Under the pieces are notes generated by a model. The model saw nothing but the letters and a program-made list of their open reading frames with translations, ran no database searches and was not told the DNA's origin. A program made the position numbers and the translations under genes. A DNA stretch of 64,000 nucleotides from Octopus vulgaris (lineage: Eukaryota), in NCBI GenBank assembly GCA_951406725.2, contig OX597819.1, forward strand, positions 115,940,001 through 116,004,000. The letters are read 5' to 3'. Every line of letters begins with the position of its first letter. The first letter of the stretch is position 1. This document shows positions 14,091-27,679 of the stretch, one piece after another.

Positions 14091-14430
14091 CTTGCGATAG
14101 AATGAAAGAATGCCAGAGAGTCTCAACATGGTCGCACGATTTGACAGCAATAGCTGTAGTTAGATCGACTTCAGATCAAAGCCTTCTACATTAAACAAAA
14201 AGGTGTCTATTCCATAATGTTTTCCTACAAACCGCTGAAAAGACGGGTTGGTGATTGTTAGATTGCTTTTTGGTCATCGGCCAGATAAATTAATGCTGAT
14301 CAACAAATTATCAGAAGATAGGCCTAAAATGTCATATGATTTTCTATACTTAGATTCTCGAAATGTAAAAATTCATAGGAAAATGTGTGCGTGTGTGTAT
14401 GTATGTATGTATGTATGTATGTATCTATTT

Positions 14431-14530
<100 letters not shown>

Positions 14531-14837
14531 GACTATATATTTCTTTTCGGAGATTTGGTGTTTGATTTTGTATATTCTTTGAACGGAAGAAATCCGCATG
14601 TTTTTAAGAATAACATCAAAGAATAAACATATTACATATGCTATAATAATTTCTTATTCCTAAATTCGGTGACTTAAAATGTGATGTCTGCAAGACATTT
14701 CACCATCAAATTTTATCCATATTATTAATATGAAACATTTTCAGGAAAGTAGGTTAAGGAATAGGTCCACTTCAACAGCTACCTAGATTTTTCAGGCTGA
14801 AGGTCACTTGAGTGCTCTCTGTTTTGGTTTTGTGCAT

Positions 14838-15157
14838 TCATACATTCGAATCTTGAGATGTCGAATCCGCGATACCTCGACCGCGAGTGCCTGCTCTAAC
14901 CACTAGGCCATGGCGTGTAGGTTCCCCACCTGGAGGGGACGCCGGTCCGTCGCAGGTGAGCTGGAAGATGCAGGAGGAATGAGTGAGAGAAAGTTGTGGC
15001 GAAAGAGTCAGTAGAAGTTCGGCATTACCTTCTGCCGGAGCCGCGTGGAGCTTAGGTGTTTCGCTCATAAACACACTCATCACCCGGTCTGAGATTCGAA
15101 TCCGCGATACCTCGACCGCGAGTCCGCTGCTCTAACCACTAGGCCATGTGTCTCTAC
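14838..15157 (-). mobile_element. tRNA-Arg-like SINE family C with a duplicated tRNA head
   Basis: Minus head ATGGCCTAGTGGTTAGAGCAGCGGACTCGCGGTCGAGGTATCGCGGATTCGAA at ~15095-15148, repeated at ~14861-14911. The body is related to 61595-61843. Confidence 0.8.
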
Positions 15158-16194
15158 ACTGTACAGTACATACTCCTAAAGAAATAAATAAAGTAGTTTT
15201 AGAGCTACCAATGGTGTCCAGTCAATTATGTCTCCTAGTCATCCTTTATATGTGGCGTAAGTGTTCCTTTAACCGATGGCTATTTTGTACCTTTACCAGA
15301 TATGTAGATGGCATCGTCATAAGCAGTGTAATGTATGATACCCTCAACATCATCCCTGACAGTATAAGTTTCTGCATTTAACACCCCAGTGAAACTGGAT
15401 CTCTCTACGCACATGATTTCCAACTCAGAACTACAGATGAGAGTGATATCAGCACCCGTCTTTAGAGATAAAACCACCGACACGCGTTTGTGTGCCTATT
15501 ATAGATTAACATACCACACTTTAGTTGTGCCAAGAGTGTCTACAATGAGGATGAATTTACTCGAATAAATGACATATCTTGCTATATAAATGATGAAATA
15601 ATCAACTCCTAGGAGTCCAACGTGCATTAGAAGTTAATGATTATCCAGCGTTCTTCAGTATCCAACCTGTCTCCACACACAATAAACCGAGCAGTTCTAC
15701 CATCATTAGCTTCTCGAGGATTCCCTCCTCAACCTACAGAACAACTGCTGCAAACCTTGTGAAGGTATCTAAGAGACTGCTTCAGTTTCTCGCAAATTTA
15801 AATATTTATTCCCATTCAATGCGTCCAATTCACAAATTTGAATATTTCTTGCATTCACTGTGGAATATTCCGTTCTCATTTGCGACAGTTTATTCTATTA
15901 ATGTATACGTAATTTATTAATTATTGAATGAACATTTTTAAAATACCCGTAGTACAACAATCTTTGAATGCGGGATAGCTGTGAGACGAACTTAGGATGT
16001 TGAGTAATAACTATTAAAGGATGAGGAGAAAAAAAGTTACCGACAAGTACTCGAAACTTGCACTTTATTCACAGTTTCCAAAAACTCTGTACCACTAAGC
16101 CAATATTTACACAAACACGTTGCACAAGCGACTTCTGCAGTGACACACTCGAACATATACATAGATACACAAACACATGAATGAAATTCAATGA

Positions 16195-16231
<37 letters not shown>

Positions 16232-16539
16232 CGTGCATGTTTACTGTGTACTGACAAAACTTCGTGCTGCATTACTTTTGCGAAGTTTTGTCAGGGCACA
16301 GGTCGCGGTTTCAAAGCGAAGAAAATATTTTGACACAAATGAAATTTTAATGTTGAAGTGAAATTAGTACTACAAAGGAAGGGTGTGATAAAAAAAACGA
16401 GGAGGTTCTTTGGATGTGCTAGAAACTATAGCCAAATCGCCGTTAAATCACTCAATTTTCTCTGAATATATTAACAATTAAAAAAAATTACCGAAAATGC
16501 TCTTTCCATGGTTTTGAAGAGCAAAAAAAAAAAAAATAG

Positions 16540-16967
16540 TTGGCCAAAATAGGTCCGGAGTGGGATGATGAGGGAGGAGGTGTAAAAAAAGTGTTTACAA
16601 ATTTTTTCATGCAAAGATGACCCCCCCACCGTGATTTCAAAGGCTCTGGTTTAAAAGAAAGGAAAATCGTTTCCCCCGCAAATTTCTTTATAATCGCAAT
16701 TCATGCCGTTTGAAAGGGATTTGTATAAATTTTCATTAAAGATATCCATCTTCCTGAAAGTTATGAGGGAAAAAGTTCAGATCCTGTGAATTTTCCAAAA
16801 CCCCTCTCTCCACCGTCTCGGAAGAATTCTTTCTCATAAATCCCTATATACTCTGAAGCCATAACAATAAAAGCAATACTTACTAAGCATGCGAACACTA
16901 TTAATCAAATGTGAAAACATTACCAAGTAGCTATCAGAAAACAGCCCGGAGGGCGATCTTTCTGCTA

Positions 16968-16968
<1 letters not shown>
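16540..16968 (+). mobile_element. Possible non-autonomous Helitron-like 3' end
   Basis: GCCC-GGA-GGGC hairpin (16944-16954) 10 nt before CTAG (16965-16968), followed by T. The 5' boundary is unknown. Confidence 0.3.
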
Positions 16969-17008
<40 letters not shown>

Positions 17009-17164
17009 TTTATTTATGATGGCTGTCTACTCCTTATGCAGCATTTGACCACCTCATGTACCTACACCTTAGAACTATCATGGCATCTGATGTGGGTTTT
17101 TAAACCAACCAATGTTTTGAAAAGATACCCACATTGATTGCACACACACACACACACACACACA

Positions 17165-18465
17165 CAGAGGATGCGATGAGTAAATTGCTGTCGTTTTATA
17201 TTATTTTATTTCGTCTGATTTTTTCGACTACACAGTATAGTAGGGTCAGTTGGGCAACGTTTGTAAAAACAACTGCACCATGACGCAATTCACACTTCCA
17301 GAAATTTGTAAATGACATGCTGTCCTGCTTGGCACTCGCGCCGGAAGCTCTTGTGCTAACATTTCAGAGTATTTGTTTCTCAATCTGAGGACAGTGCAGA
17401 GGGTTCGGAAGAAGTTGGATCAGTCTAATGGTGATTACGAACGTACGGAAACTCACGGCACAGAAAACTCACTCAAATCGTTTTGATATGAAAAGAAATC
17501 TCCTGAATTTGTTGGTGAGATCTGTGCCATAATAGACAACGATCCGATCCCTCCAAGTCAATCAGGTCCATCGCCAGGGACATGGGCGTTTCTGAGTTTC
17601 TTATTTGGCATGTAGTGCCGGAAAACATTCGGTAATCATCATATAAGATACGAAAGCGCCAATTTTTATCCCAAGCCATCAAGGACAAGAGGAAAGACAG
17701 CGCTACGAAGCTTTTGGACAAACTCAATTATCCCCTCCAACGGAACATTCTTTGGTTAATCTCTGACGCGAAAAATTTCTGCCAGGATGAGAGGGTGAAC
17801 ACACAGAACAACCGTTGGCATGCCGTGTCCCCAGAACATGTACCGATTTGGAAAAAATCAAACATCCAGTCAACATCATGGTGTTTGGAATGATTACCAG
17901 TGATGGCGACGTTATGTCCCCATTCATCTTCCCACACGGCCTCAGACTTAACACGGAGGCCTACAGCAAGTGCCTGGAGGGTGTAGTGCAACCCTGGGTC
18001 AAGAGGGCGGCTGCTGGAAGACGCTTTATATGGCAACTGGACTCTGCACCATGCCACACAAGCAGGAGAATCCAGTCATGGTTGTCAGACAATTTCTGCG
18101 ACCACATCACTCCTAACATCTGACCATCTAACTCTCCAGACCTAAATTCCTTGATTATTATGTGTGGGGCGCAGTTAAGCAAGAGACCAACAAAACTCGT
18201 TGAAATACAAAAGATGAATTGAAGGCAAGGATTATGGCAGCATTCACCAGCTTAAACAAGGAAAACATCCAGAAGAGTTGCAGGAGAATTAGAAGTCGTC
18301 TGTAGGCTATGGCTGAAGCTAATGGCGATTTTACTGAATAAATTTACTCTCAAGTATTTCAAGATATTTTTTATGTAATACTAGTAAACATATCTGCTAA
18401 ATTGAGATGCCAGTGTGATTTTCATTTTTCCGTAATTTAGACGACAAATTACTAACCGCACCATA

Positions 18466-18468
<3 letters not shown>
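17165..18468 (+). mobile_element. Tc1/mariner DD37D (maT-like) transposon, decayed
   Basis: VMVFG-like motif...GLRLNTEAY...WQLDSAPCH...*PSNSPDLNSLDYYVWG. Degenerate TIRs GATGCGATGAGTAAATTG and CAAATTACTAACCGCACC. Stops and frameshifts. Confidence 0.85.
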
Positions 18469-18509
<41 letters not shown>

Positions 18510-18512
<3 letters not shown>

Positions 18513-18635
18513 CAAAATAAGCAACAAGCATATCCGAGGGAATCACCTCGGATATACTTGTTGCTTATTTTGATTGTAATCAACCTGGTGCCTTTGACTT
18601 AAGTACTATATTCTCTGAATCTAAATTTTGCTGAA

Positions 18636-18638
<3 letters not shown>
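18510..18638. repeat. Island in (TA)n starting with a 30-bp inverted repeat (18510-18575)
   Basis: AATCAAAATAAGCAACAAGCATATCCGAGG-gaatca-CCTCGGATATACTTGTTGCTTATTTTGATT, one mismatch. Confidence 0.85.
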
Positions 18639-18678
<40 letters not shown>

Positions 18679-18696
18679 CATATACTTTATAAATAT

Positions 18697-18810
<114 letters not shown>

Positions 18811-19798
18811 GTGTGTGTAAATGTGTGTGTATGTGTGTCTGTTTGTATATCGGCCTAATAGTAGTAGCAACATTCTTAAAGCAACCTTTCTCTAATTGAA
18901 AAAAAAAGAATGCAGAATAGGAAAGGAAAAATAATGTCAACCGAAGAGTAGGCGACTCTAAAACTAAAGAATATTCTTTACGTTTGGTGCCACTAACTTA
19001 CATAGACTAATAGGCACTGCCAATGCATGACGACAGCAACCTCTGAATTGTCGTTCGGTTATATTTAACGGTTTGTTAGTCCCACAATTCTTTTGAGATA
19101 TATCCTCGCTCAACTGCACATTCCGGAACACAATAGATTGCAAACGATGTAGGTTGTTTAATCATATTATTGTTATACCATTTAAAACATGAGGCTACTT
19201 GTTATCAAATACTCTTTAAAAATTCTTAAAAGTGTCACGGTTGCTGTTCTCAAAATAGCCTTAGAAGCAAAACAAATATATACACCCAAATGATGATAAA
19301 ATAAAATTCGCATATGTATATACAGATACATGCGCGCACAATTATTTGCGCGTATGTATATATTCATAGACATACACACACATGTATAGGAACAGAATCA
19401 CAGTGAAAATTTTACAGATACACACGCAATCTTACAGACACACACATGCACGTATTAAAATAATACTAGTGTTTTTTTCTATGCATCCATCTATTAAAAT
19501 GAAGTCATCCTAAAAGCCAATAGGAGAGCCAACATTTGTTGCTTTTATCTTCTAGAAATCGCAACCAAATCATCTCTCCCTCTCTCTCTCTCTCTCAGTT
19601 CACAACTTGCGGTCTTAATATACGGTGGACGTACTGGATATTCAAGATGCACTGAGAAAAAAAAAAAAACAGGTATGGGATAGTCAAACCGGGAATGTTT
19701 GGATCATAGATCCATGGATGAAGGATAAGCAAGTACAAAACTATATCAAAACGATCCTGTGTATGATTCTTTGCAGGTTAACTTGTCATACCAGAAAT

Positions 19799-20338
19799 AT
19801 CATCATCTGAAAAAAAATTTTCTAACTAGAAAGGGTATTGCCTGGTCAGCCTGTAATGATATGCATAAGACCTGGTCATCAAATCTAAGTAGAGATTTCA
19901 AACTTAAAATCTTCAAAGCCACGGTCGAACCAATTCTACTATATGGCTCAGAAACCTAGACTTTATCAAAGAAGATTGATGGAACTTACACTCGCCTCCT
20001 TATGAGAGCTCAAAATCTCTCGTGGAAGCATCATCCAACCAAAGTACAAATATATGTGAAACTACCACCTGTGTCATATCTTGTGAAAGGTAGGAGAGTC
20101 CAGTTTGCTGGACATTGTTGTAGAGCTGAAAACGAGGTAATTTTTACTCTTCTCCTCTGGAAGCCATCTACTCGCGATACCAGAGGGCGCACATTCTCCT
20201 ACCCTGATGTAATCCCCAGGGATACAGGCATCCAGGCATCCAGCAACAGGACCTCTGTAATGCTATGATGGACCGTGAAATCTGGCGTAGCAAAGTAAAT
20301 TCCATTGTCTCGACCACGGTCGAACAATGATGATGATG
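19799..20338 (+). mobile_element. 5'-truncated RTE-clade LINE with (TGA)n tail and 11-bp TSD
   Basis: RT C-terminal motifs KLKIFKATVEPILLYGSET, RRVQFAGHCCRA and LLLWKP...RGR. Ends in (TGA)n; ATACCAGAAAT duplicated at 19788-19798 and 20339-20349. Confidence 0.9.
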
Positions 20339-20529
20339 ATACCAGAAATGCGAACCAACTCTATTTCAAATCACATACATAAATAAAATGGAGAAAGTAC
20401 ATTAGATAATGTATTGCTAGACATTTCGAACAAGACACATGGTCACGGCGAAAATGTCTTTGAACACATTGAGTCTGGCTGATAAAGACTGATCAAACAA
20501 CAAAACAATCAATTAATATATTCTCTCTA

Positions 20530-20565
<36 letters not shown>

Positions 20566-21012
20566 AGTCAATTCAGACAAACATTTTAAAACCTCAGAAG
20601 CATTAATAGCATCGATAATCGATAGTGTCTTTAATAGTTTATTCTGATGAATACTAAAGGTGTCCTATGAAGATAACATGATAAACATCGAGGTAGTAAG
20701 ACAAGCAAAAACCTAGAGAAAGTTTCGCAACGGCATAAGGCGACAACAGGTTCCGTTCATTGGATATCATTTGAGAAGAAAAGGCCATGAGTATTCGGTG
20801 ACGACCGGAGATTAAAAGGAAGAAGAAACCAGGCGAGATTAAGAGACAAACACACTTGCAGGTCTTACCTACCGTCTTCAGAGAGCTGGTGCAATAAAGT
20901 GCTAATTTGCGTGGGTCAGGAGGTCGATCTCATGGGGCTCGATGATCAACGGGATCTGTAAGTATAGCACATGAAGATCGATAGAGGGAGAGAGCGAAAG
21001 AGGGTTGGAGAT

Positions 21013-21053
<41 letters not shown>

Positions 21054-21589
21054 AAGGATGAAATAAAGAAAAAACAAGGGAGAAAGAGAAAGAGAGGATC
21101 GAGAATAAAAGAGAGAGAGAGGGTCGAGAAGGAAAGAGAGAGAGAAAGTAAACAAATGTGTTTGAATGGATACCATCAATGATAAATGCATAGGAATGTC
21201 TACTTGACCAATTCCGTTTTGCTCACGTTTACTCTGACAACCGGAAGTGGTTACTGGGCGTATGCCGGAAGCCAAAATACTGACAGTTAAAATATTAATA
21301 TTTGACTTTCAGCGTATTGTCCGAGTACTGTAATCTCGACGTTTTGGAATTTGTAGTCAAGTGTGTTCTTTGAACTGTTTCTTTCTGTTATTTAAAACTA
21401 GATGGGGGTAACGGCCAATATTGTTCTAGATATATCATGTCTCAGCGATTGACAGAAAATGTGGTCCTGGCCGAAATGCTTTTGATCATAAATCTGCACC
21501 ATCATGACTGACATTGCGTTAAATACAAAAAACAACAGGTATACAGACGAACAAACGAGGAGTGAGCTAACGAACAGCCATTTATTTGG

Positions 21590-21850
21590 TAGCTTGACCT
21601 GTTAGAAGAAGCAGTTACATCACATTCAAACTACACCTTAGTGTCTTATAAAAATAAAAAGGAAGATACGATGTAAAATGAGACCGAATTAACACTATGC
21701 CTAAAATACGTGTAGTGGTCATGACTGGAATATCTTTCAATATTTTTCTGCTGCCTTAAGGTCCACCTGGGAATAAACAGCATGACCAAACAGACTACCT
21801 GCATGGTATGTGTCTGTTCGAATAGGTGTAATTTAACGTCAAATAACAAC
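21590..21850 (+). repeat. Old ~250-bp interspersed repeat (representative; related fragments near 12790-12935, 19545-19730, 20340-20510, 21400-21540, 41180-41345, 44295-44400, 52350-52460, 52890-53160)
   Basis: Recurring degenerate blocks resembling GACCTG-TAGAA-TAGCAGCCAAAT, GGTCA(T/C)G-C-GGAAT-CTTT and a (CAA)n-like end. Low identity, aligned by eye. Confidence 0.45.
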
Positions 21851-22048
21851 TGAAATAAGCACATCAATACCAAGAACTACAATAGTTTTCAGTTAAGTAA
21901 ACCCATAACCCATATAATTCCATTGCAGACTAGAGGGTCATCCACTTAGAAGTATTTTATTTTTGCACCCGCTAACGGATAGAAGCTCATCTAATCAGTA
22001 GTCTTTACACATATGAACACATTTTGCCTATGATAACATGCCAGACTA

Positions 22049-22628
22049 AGGCGGTGAGCTGGCAGAAACGTTAGCATGCCGGGCGAAATGCGTAACCGTA
22101 TTTCGTCTGCCGTTACGTTCTGAGTTCAAATTCCGCCGAGGTCGACTTTGCCTTTCATCCTTTCGGGGTCAATAAAGTAAGTACCAGTTACGTACTGGAT
22201 TCGATGTAATCGACTTAATCCCTTTGTCTGTCCTTGCTTGTCCTCTCTATGTTTGGCCCCTTGTGGGTAGTAAAGAAATAGGTATTTCGTGTCTTTAAGT
22301 TCTGAGTTCAAATTCCGCCGAGGTCGACTTTGCCTTTCATCCTTTCGAGGTCGATTAAATTAAGTACCAGTTACGCACTGGGGTCGATATAATCGACTTA
22401 ATCCGTTTCTCTGTCCTTGTTTGTCCTCTCTGTGTTTAGCCCCTTGTGGGTAGTAATGAAATAGGTATTTCGTCTGCCGGTTATGTTCTGAGTTCAAATT
22501 CCGCCGAGGTCGACTTTGCTTTTCAACCTTTCGGGGTCGGTAAATTAAGTACCAGTTGCGTACTGGGGTCGATCTAATCGACTGACACCCTGTCCCAAAT
22601 TTCGGGCCTTGGGCCAACAGTAGAAAAC
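22049..22628 (+). mobile_element. SINE family A tandem trimer inside a single 12-bp TSD
   Basis: Three successive GAGTTCAAATTCCGCCGAGGTCGACTTTGC units. TAACATGCCAGA at 22034-22045 and 22631-22642. Confidence 0.9.
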
Positions 22629-23850
22629 AGTAACATGCCAGAATGTTTGAGGACAACGACGATTCATAGGTACACGATCTGAAAATCGGGGCTAGAAAGC
22701 ATTCGATTAAAAGACATTCACATATTTACTGAAGAAAGTGTTATTGGTGTTGCATAGCTCCTGGTTATCGCTGAATGGATATACTTATTATCAAAGGCTT
22801 TCAAACCGATATTACATTCCGTGACTTATCTTCGTTTCTGTAACTAGACTACACTTTAATCATGTACAGCTTGTGCATGGCATGTGTATTCTTATTGGCT
22901 GCTGCTTCTATTGTATCTGTATCAACGAATTTGACACACGGATCTTTCTATTAAAATGTTTCACTATCCATTTGTTTAATCTTTCATAATGCCATACTGA
23001 AAAATATATTACACCCATATGAGAATTACCAATAAATACATCTACAGTAATCTTTATTGGTTTTTAGCGTGCATAGATGTATATATACACATCAGTGTAC
23101 TAAGCCATCTTTTGAGTTGGATATTTCCTATTTGTTCTGCCAAGCTAAAAGACAATATGAAGCGATGCACCATTCTCTTTTCTTTTTGGGAAAACAAAGC
23201 ATAAAAACGCAGGAGCTGACGCCAATCCTGCTTCCCTTCAGTTCAAAGATTTGAGCAAAGTCGACTCCAATAACGGGGCCAACTTCGTGCTAGCATGAAA
23301 GGCACACTGACAAAACGCCGCTCAAGATAAAAAAAAATCCTAACTTGTCATTGTTCTGTGATACGGAGCAAAGCAGGCTTTGCCGCTTACTCAAGAAAAC
23401 GGATAGCAAATGATCCACAAGCACTCGAGAAAAATGAGTCCTTGTTCTGTTTGCCAAACGTTTGTAAGACACCACCAGGCCGCAAGAAACACATGCGAAT
23501 CCATAGAACCGCTTTGTTTTACTAAACCTTCATTTGTCATTCACGATGAGAGAATCAATGACACACACTAATGCATGAATTTGGCACTTTTCTTTTGTTC
23601 TAATCTGCAAAACTCTCTACATATATTGTAGTGTTTTTGTTGTTCAACAATAAGCTGTATCTTCCATATCATTCATATATTTCAAGTCACCTCAACTTAT
23701 TTTTTATTATTAAATTCCATTTTCCAATAATTTTCTCTGCTGGCTTTAAAAACAAAAGAGAAATTTCTTTTTTTTATTTTAACTCGTTTTTGTTTTACTT
23801 ACTAAACATTTATATATAAACATATTTATAGATATATGTAAATACATACT

Positions 23851-23908
<58 letters not shown>

Positions 23909-24223
23909 TATATACATATACATATAAATAAACACATACATATGCATACACACACACACGTAAGTGTGTGTGTATAAATATATTTGCGTTTTTATAGTTT
24001 TGTTATTTAATACTTAAACGCGTGATTACTTTTACATTTTTGCTTGTTATGACAGCAGAATCTATCAAACCGAACTATACACATACACACATGCGCACAA
24101 AAATACACACACGTACACACACGCACATACACACACAAACACATACACACACTCTCTCTAACGCACACACAAACACACTCACTCACTCACACACAAATAC
24201 AAATACATGTCTCTATGCATGTA

Positions 24224-25911
24224 TCAGGTTGAGTAAAAAGTAAGCAGCCATCTAGTGTTTGTACCGGATCTTTGCAGAATTACTCTCTACTCTTGTATTT
24301 GTTTCGGTCATTTGACTGCGGCCATGCTAGAGCGCTATCTTTAGTCGAACAAATGGACTCCGTGATTCTTTCTTTTTAAGCCTAGTATGTATTTTATCGG
24401 TCTCTTTTGCCGAGCCATTAAATTACGGGGACGTAAACACACCAGCATCAGTTGTCAAGCGAAGGTGGGGAACAAACGCAGACACACACACACGTATATA
24501 TATATATTTTTTTACTTTTACATATATATATATATATATATTTATATGTATATATATATACATATACGCATATACGACAGGCTTCTTTCAGTTTCCGTCT
24601 ACCAAATCCAATCACTAGGCTTTGATCGGCCCGAAGCAATGATATAAGACTCTTGCCCAAGGTACCAGGCAGTGGGACGGAACCCGGAACCATGTGGTTG
24701 GGAAGCAAGCGACTTACCACGCAACCACTTCTCTGATAATACAGACATAGACTTGCCCAAATGCATCTATAAATTAAAGTTGATATTCTTTCGCCGTTGT
24801 TACAATCATCTGAAATGAAACGGTCAAAGCGCGATATTCGAGCAATTTTGCTATTCAACTTTAAACAACGACTTAAAGAAACTGAAACTGCTCGCGATAT
24901 CAACGAAGAATTTGATGAAGAAATGACTAGTGATTGGTCAGCTCAAAAGTGGTTTAAATGATTTTGAAGTGAAATCCTGTGCCTCGAAGATCGTGAGGGT
25001 AGTGAACATCCATCTGTCATCGATGACGGTTAATTAAAGTCCATCATTGAGAAAGACCCACGTAAAACTACTCGAGAACTGGAAAAAGATCTACAAGTTA
25101 GCCAGAAAACTGACTCCAAATATTTGCATGCGATCAGAAAATCAAAAAAACAAAATAAATTTAAATGGGTACGATCTGAATGGAGGTCAGAAATGCGGAG
25201 ATATGAAATTTGCTCGTCGCTTCTCCGTGACCAGATTGATTCATTTTTCGACCGTATTGAAACTTGCGATGAAAAGTGGTTTCTGTACAATAACCAAAAA
25301 ATTCTTCGCATTGGTGTATCAAAATGAAGCACCGGAAGCCTTCCCTAGACCCGAGTTTTTCAAAAAGAAAGTGATGGTGATTGTTTGGTGGTGTACTGCT
25401 GGACTCATCCCCTATAATTTCTTAAACCCGGAAAAACCATTACTGCAGGTACATGTTGCCATAAAATTACCTAAATGAACGAAAGACTGCTACTTTTCCG
25501 TCCCAGACTGGTTCACAGAAGACGCTCAATCATTCTTCATAGCAATGCTCGACCACGCATTTCACGAATGACGCTCCAGAAATTGAGAAAACTTGGCTAC
25601 GGATTTCTTCCTCGACCAGCTTATTTCCCAGACCTTTCTCCTAGCGACTACCGCTTTTCCAACAACTTTGATGGCTTGCTGGGAGAGAAAGATTTCGAAA
25701 ATCAAACCGATGCTGACAGTGCGTTCAAAGAGTTCATCAGCTCCAGTATTTCACATTTTTATGTTAGTGGAATAAACAAGTTTGTAACCCGTTGGCAAAA
25801 ATGTGTTGATTGTAACGGTATTTACTTTGAAGGATATCATTTCCGCATTGTTGAAATATATTGTGATGAATTTCATGTTTGAAAGCGTTGCCTACTTTTT
25901 ACTCAGCCTGA
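24224..25911 (+). mobile_element. Mariner (DD34D-type) transposon, full length but decayed, with a nested SINE B
   Basis: TIRs TCAGGTTGAGTAAAAAGTAAGCA and TGCCTACTTTTTACTCAGCCTGA. Transposase from ~24815 (MKRSKRDIRAILLF), then ETCDEKWFLY, KKVMVIVWW, HSNARP, YFPDLSPSDY, RWQKCVDCNGIYFE. Confidence 0.92.
24290..24732 (-). mobile_element. SINE family B nested in the mariner 5' region
   Basis: Reverse complement of family B head, CORE segment, internal (TA)n and tail. Confidence 0.85.
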
Positions 25912-26182
25912 TGTATCAATATACACATATATATTTTCTATAATTCGCTACTGAAGCCATATTATTCCTCAGGACCTAAAGTGTTCGTGCAGTGAAATTT
26001 ACAGTTATCTTTATTGCAAACACTGCTGAAGAAAGCTGACAACAACTGCGACAGTTTCGATTAAACCAAATAAATCTAATGAAGTGAACCTATTTTGCTA
26101 ACAAGAAATTTTCAACCACGAGTCACTTTTAAGCTTTTGTAAAGTAATCAAGTAAAAACAATACATATACATGTATATGTAT

Positions 26183-26227
<45 letters not shown>

Positions 26228-26963
26228 AACATACACATACATGCATGCATACATACAAACATACATATATACATACATATACACACAGGTAAATATTTAC
26301 ACATAATTAAGTACAAGTATTGGTATTACATTGATTTTACGTAATCTTCCCATTTAATGTTTATAATTGATAAAACACACCTATTAGCTATTTTGGTTAT
26401 AATATCATATAGGAATTCTGAAATTTTATTTCGTACAACATATCAATATTGCTTATAAACGTTCCCCCATCGTGCCCCTAATAAATTTTTCCTGTATTAG
26501 CATCTTAAGTTTCTTAGCGTCTTGCCCCAGTAACTGGTAATTAACATCATGATTTAAAGCCTACCCATAGTCTGCCTCTTTTTTATAGACAGTTACTTCC
26601 ATCAAATTGACTCTTCCTAATGTCTTATTTCCTTTTCTTGGGAAAAGGGATACCTATGATAATGTTTATGACAATACCTAGCCATGAGCTCTCAACTCAC
26701 TCTTACTCTTTATTCAAAATAGGTACAGTCTTCTAGTCTCAGATTTAATAGACGATAAAGAGATAGATAAATTAGAAATGAATCACATCCCTTACAACCC
26801 TAGGAACACACTATGCTCCATGCGATTCTAAGAAATTGTAGTTTATCCTTAGCCACTCTGCTACAATAGCGACAACATGAATTTCTTCCATGTTCTTACT
26901 CTGTTAAAATATTTAAGAAACATTACACTAATGTATCCTACTTGTTAAAAAATTCTCTATTTT

Positions 26964-27050
26964 ATGTAGCTGAAGATAGCACTGCATTTAAATTGATGCA
27001 ATGTTTGCATTGTTCAATTAAATGGAGTCGCTTGAAACGTCGTACTGCAT
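26964..27050 (+). ncRNA. Type I hammerhead ribozyme motif with long stem II
   Basis: ATGTAG CTGAAGA tAGC...GCTt GAAA CGTCG TA CTGCAT. 6-bp stem I (one GU), intact core, ACG/CGT stem III, GUA site at 27044. Confidence 0.7.
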
Positions 27051-27388
27051 TACTACTTGATATCCTGTTGCATATTTTAATTTTATTCACCTTACTTCGA
27101 GCTCTTCGAGAATAACACCGGACTGACTTGGTGCTTCAACTTAGGTACCTAGTCTAAATGAATCTTAATCATTTCTACAAATATACATATATGCATATAA
27201 GTATGTGTGTGCGTACGCACATACATTATACAATGTATGCATATATTATATAATATATCATATATAATATAATATGCTCATTCTCTCTCTCTCTCTATAT
27301 ATATATATACACGTATATATACATATGTATGTATATATATATAAATATATACGTATATACATTAACATACGCTTATATGTATGCATGC

Positions 27389-27432
<44 letters not shown>

Positions 27433-27573
27433 GCATACATATATATGTATACGTATATATATGTATATATACATGTATATATATGATTATATATATATAT
27501 ATACATGTATGTATGTATATATATAGTTACATATTCACATATATATTTGCTTATTCATATCACACACACACAC

Positions 27574-27622
<49 letters not shown>

Positions 27623-27645
27623 AGTATACACACACACATACACAA

Positions 27646-27679
<34 letters not shown>

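Noticed and set aside
15180-15500. Possible Tc1 transposase relic on the minus strand (TGVLNAETY; IDWTP)
   Set aside because: Only two vague motifs, with no catalytic motifs or TIRs recognisable.
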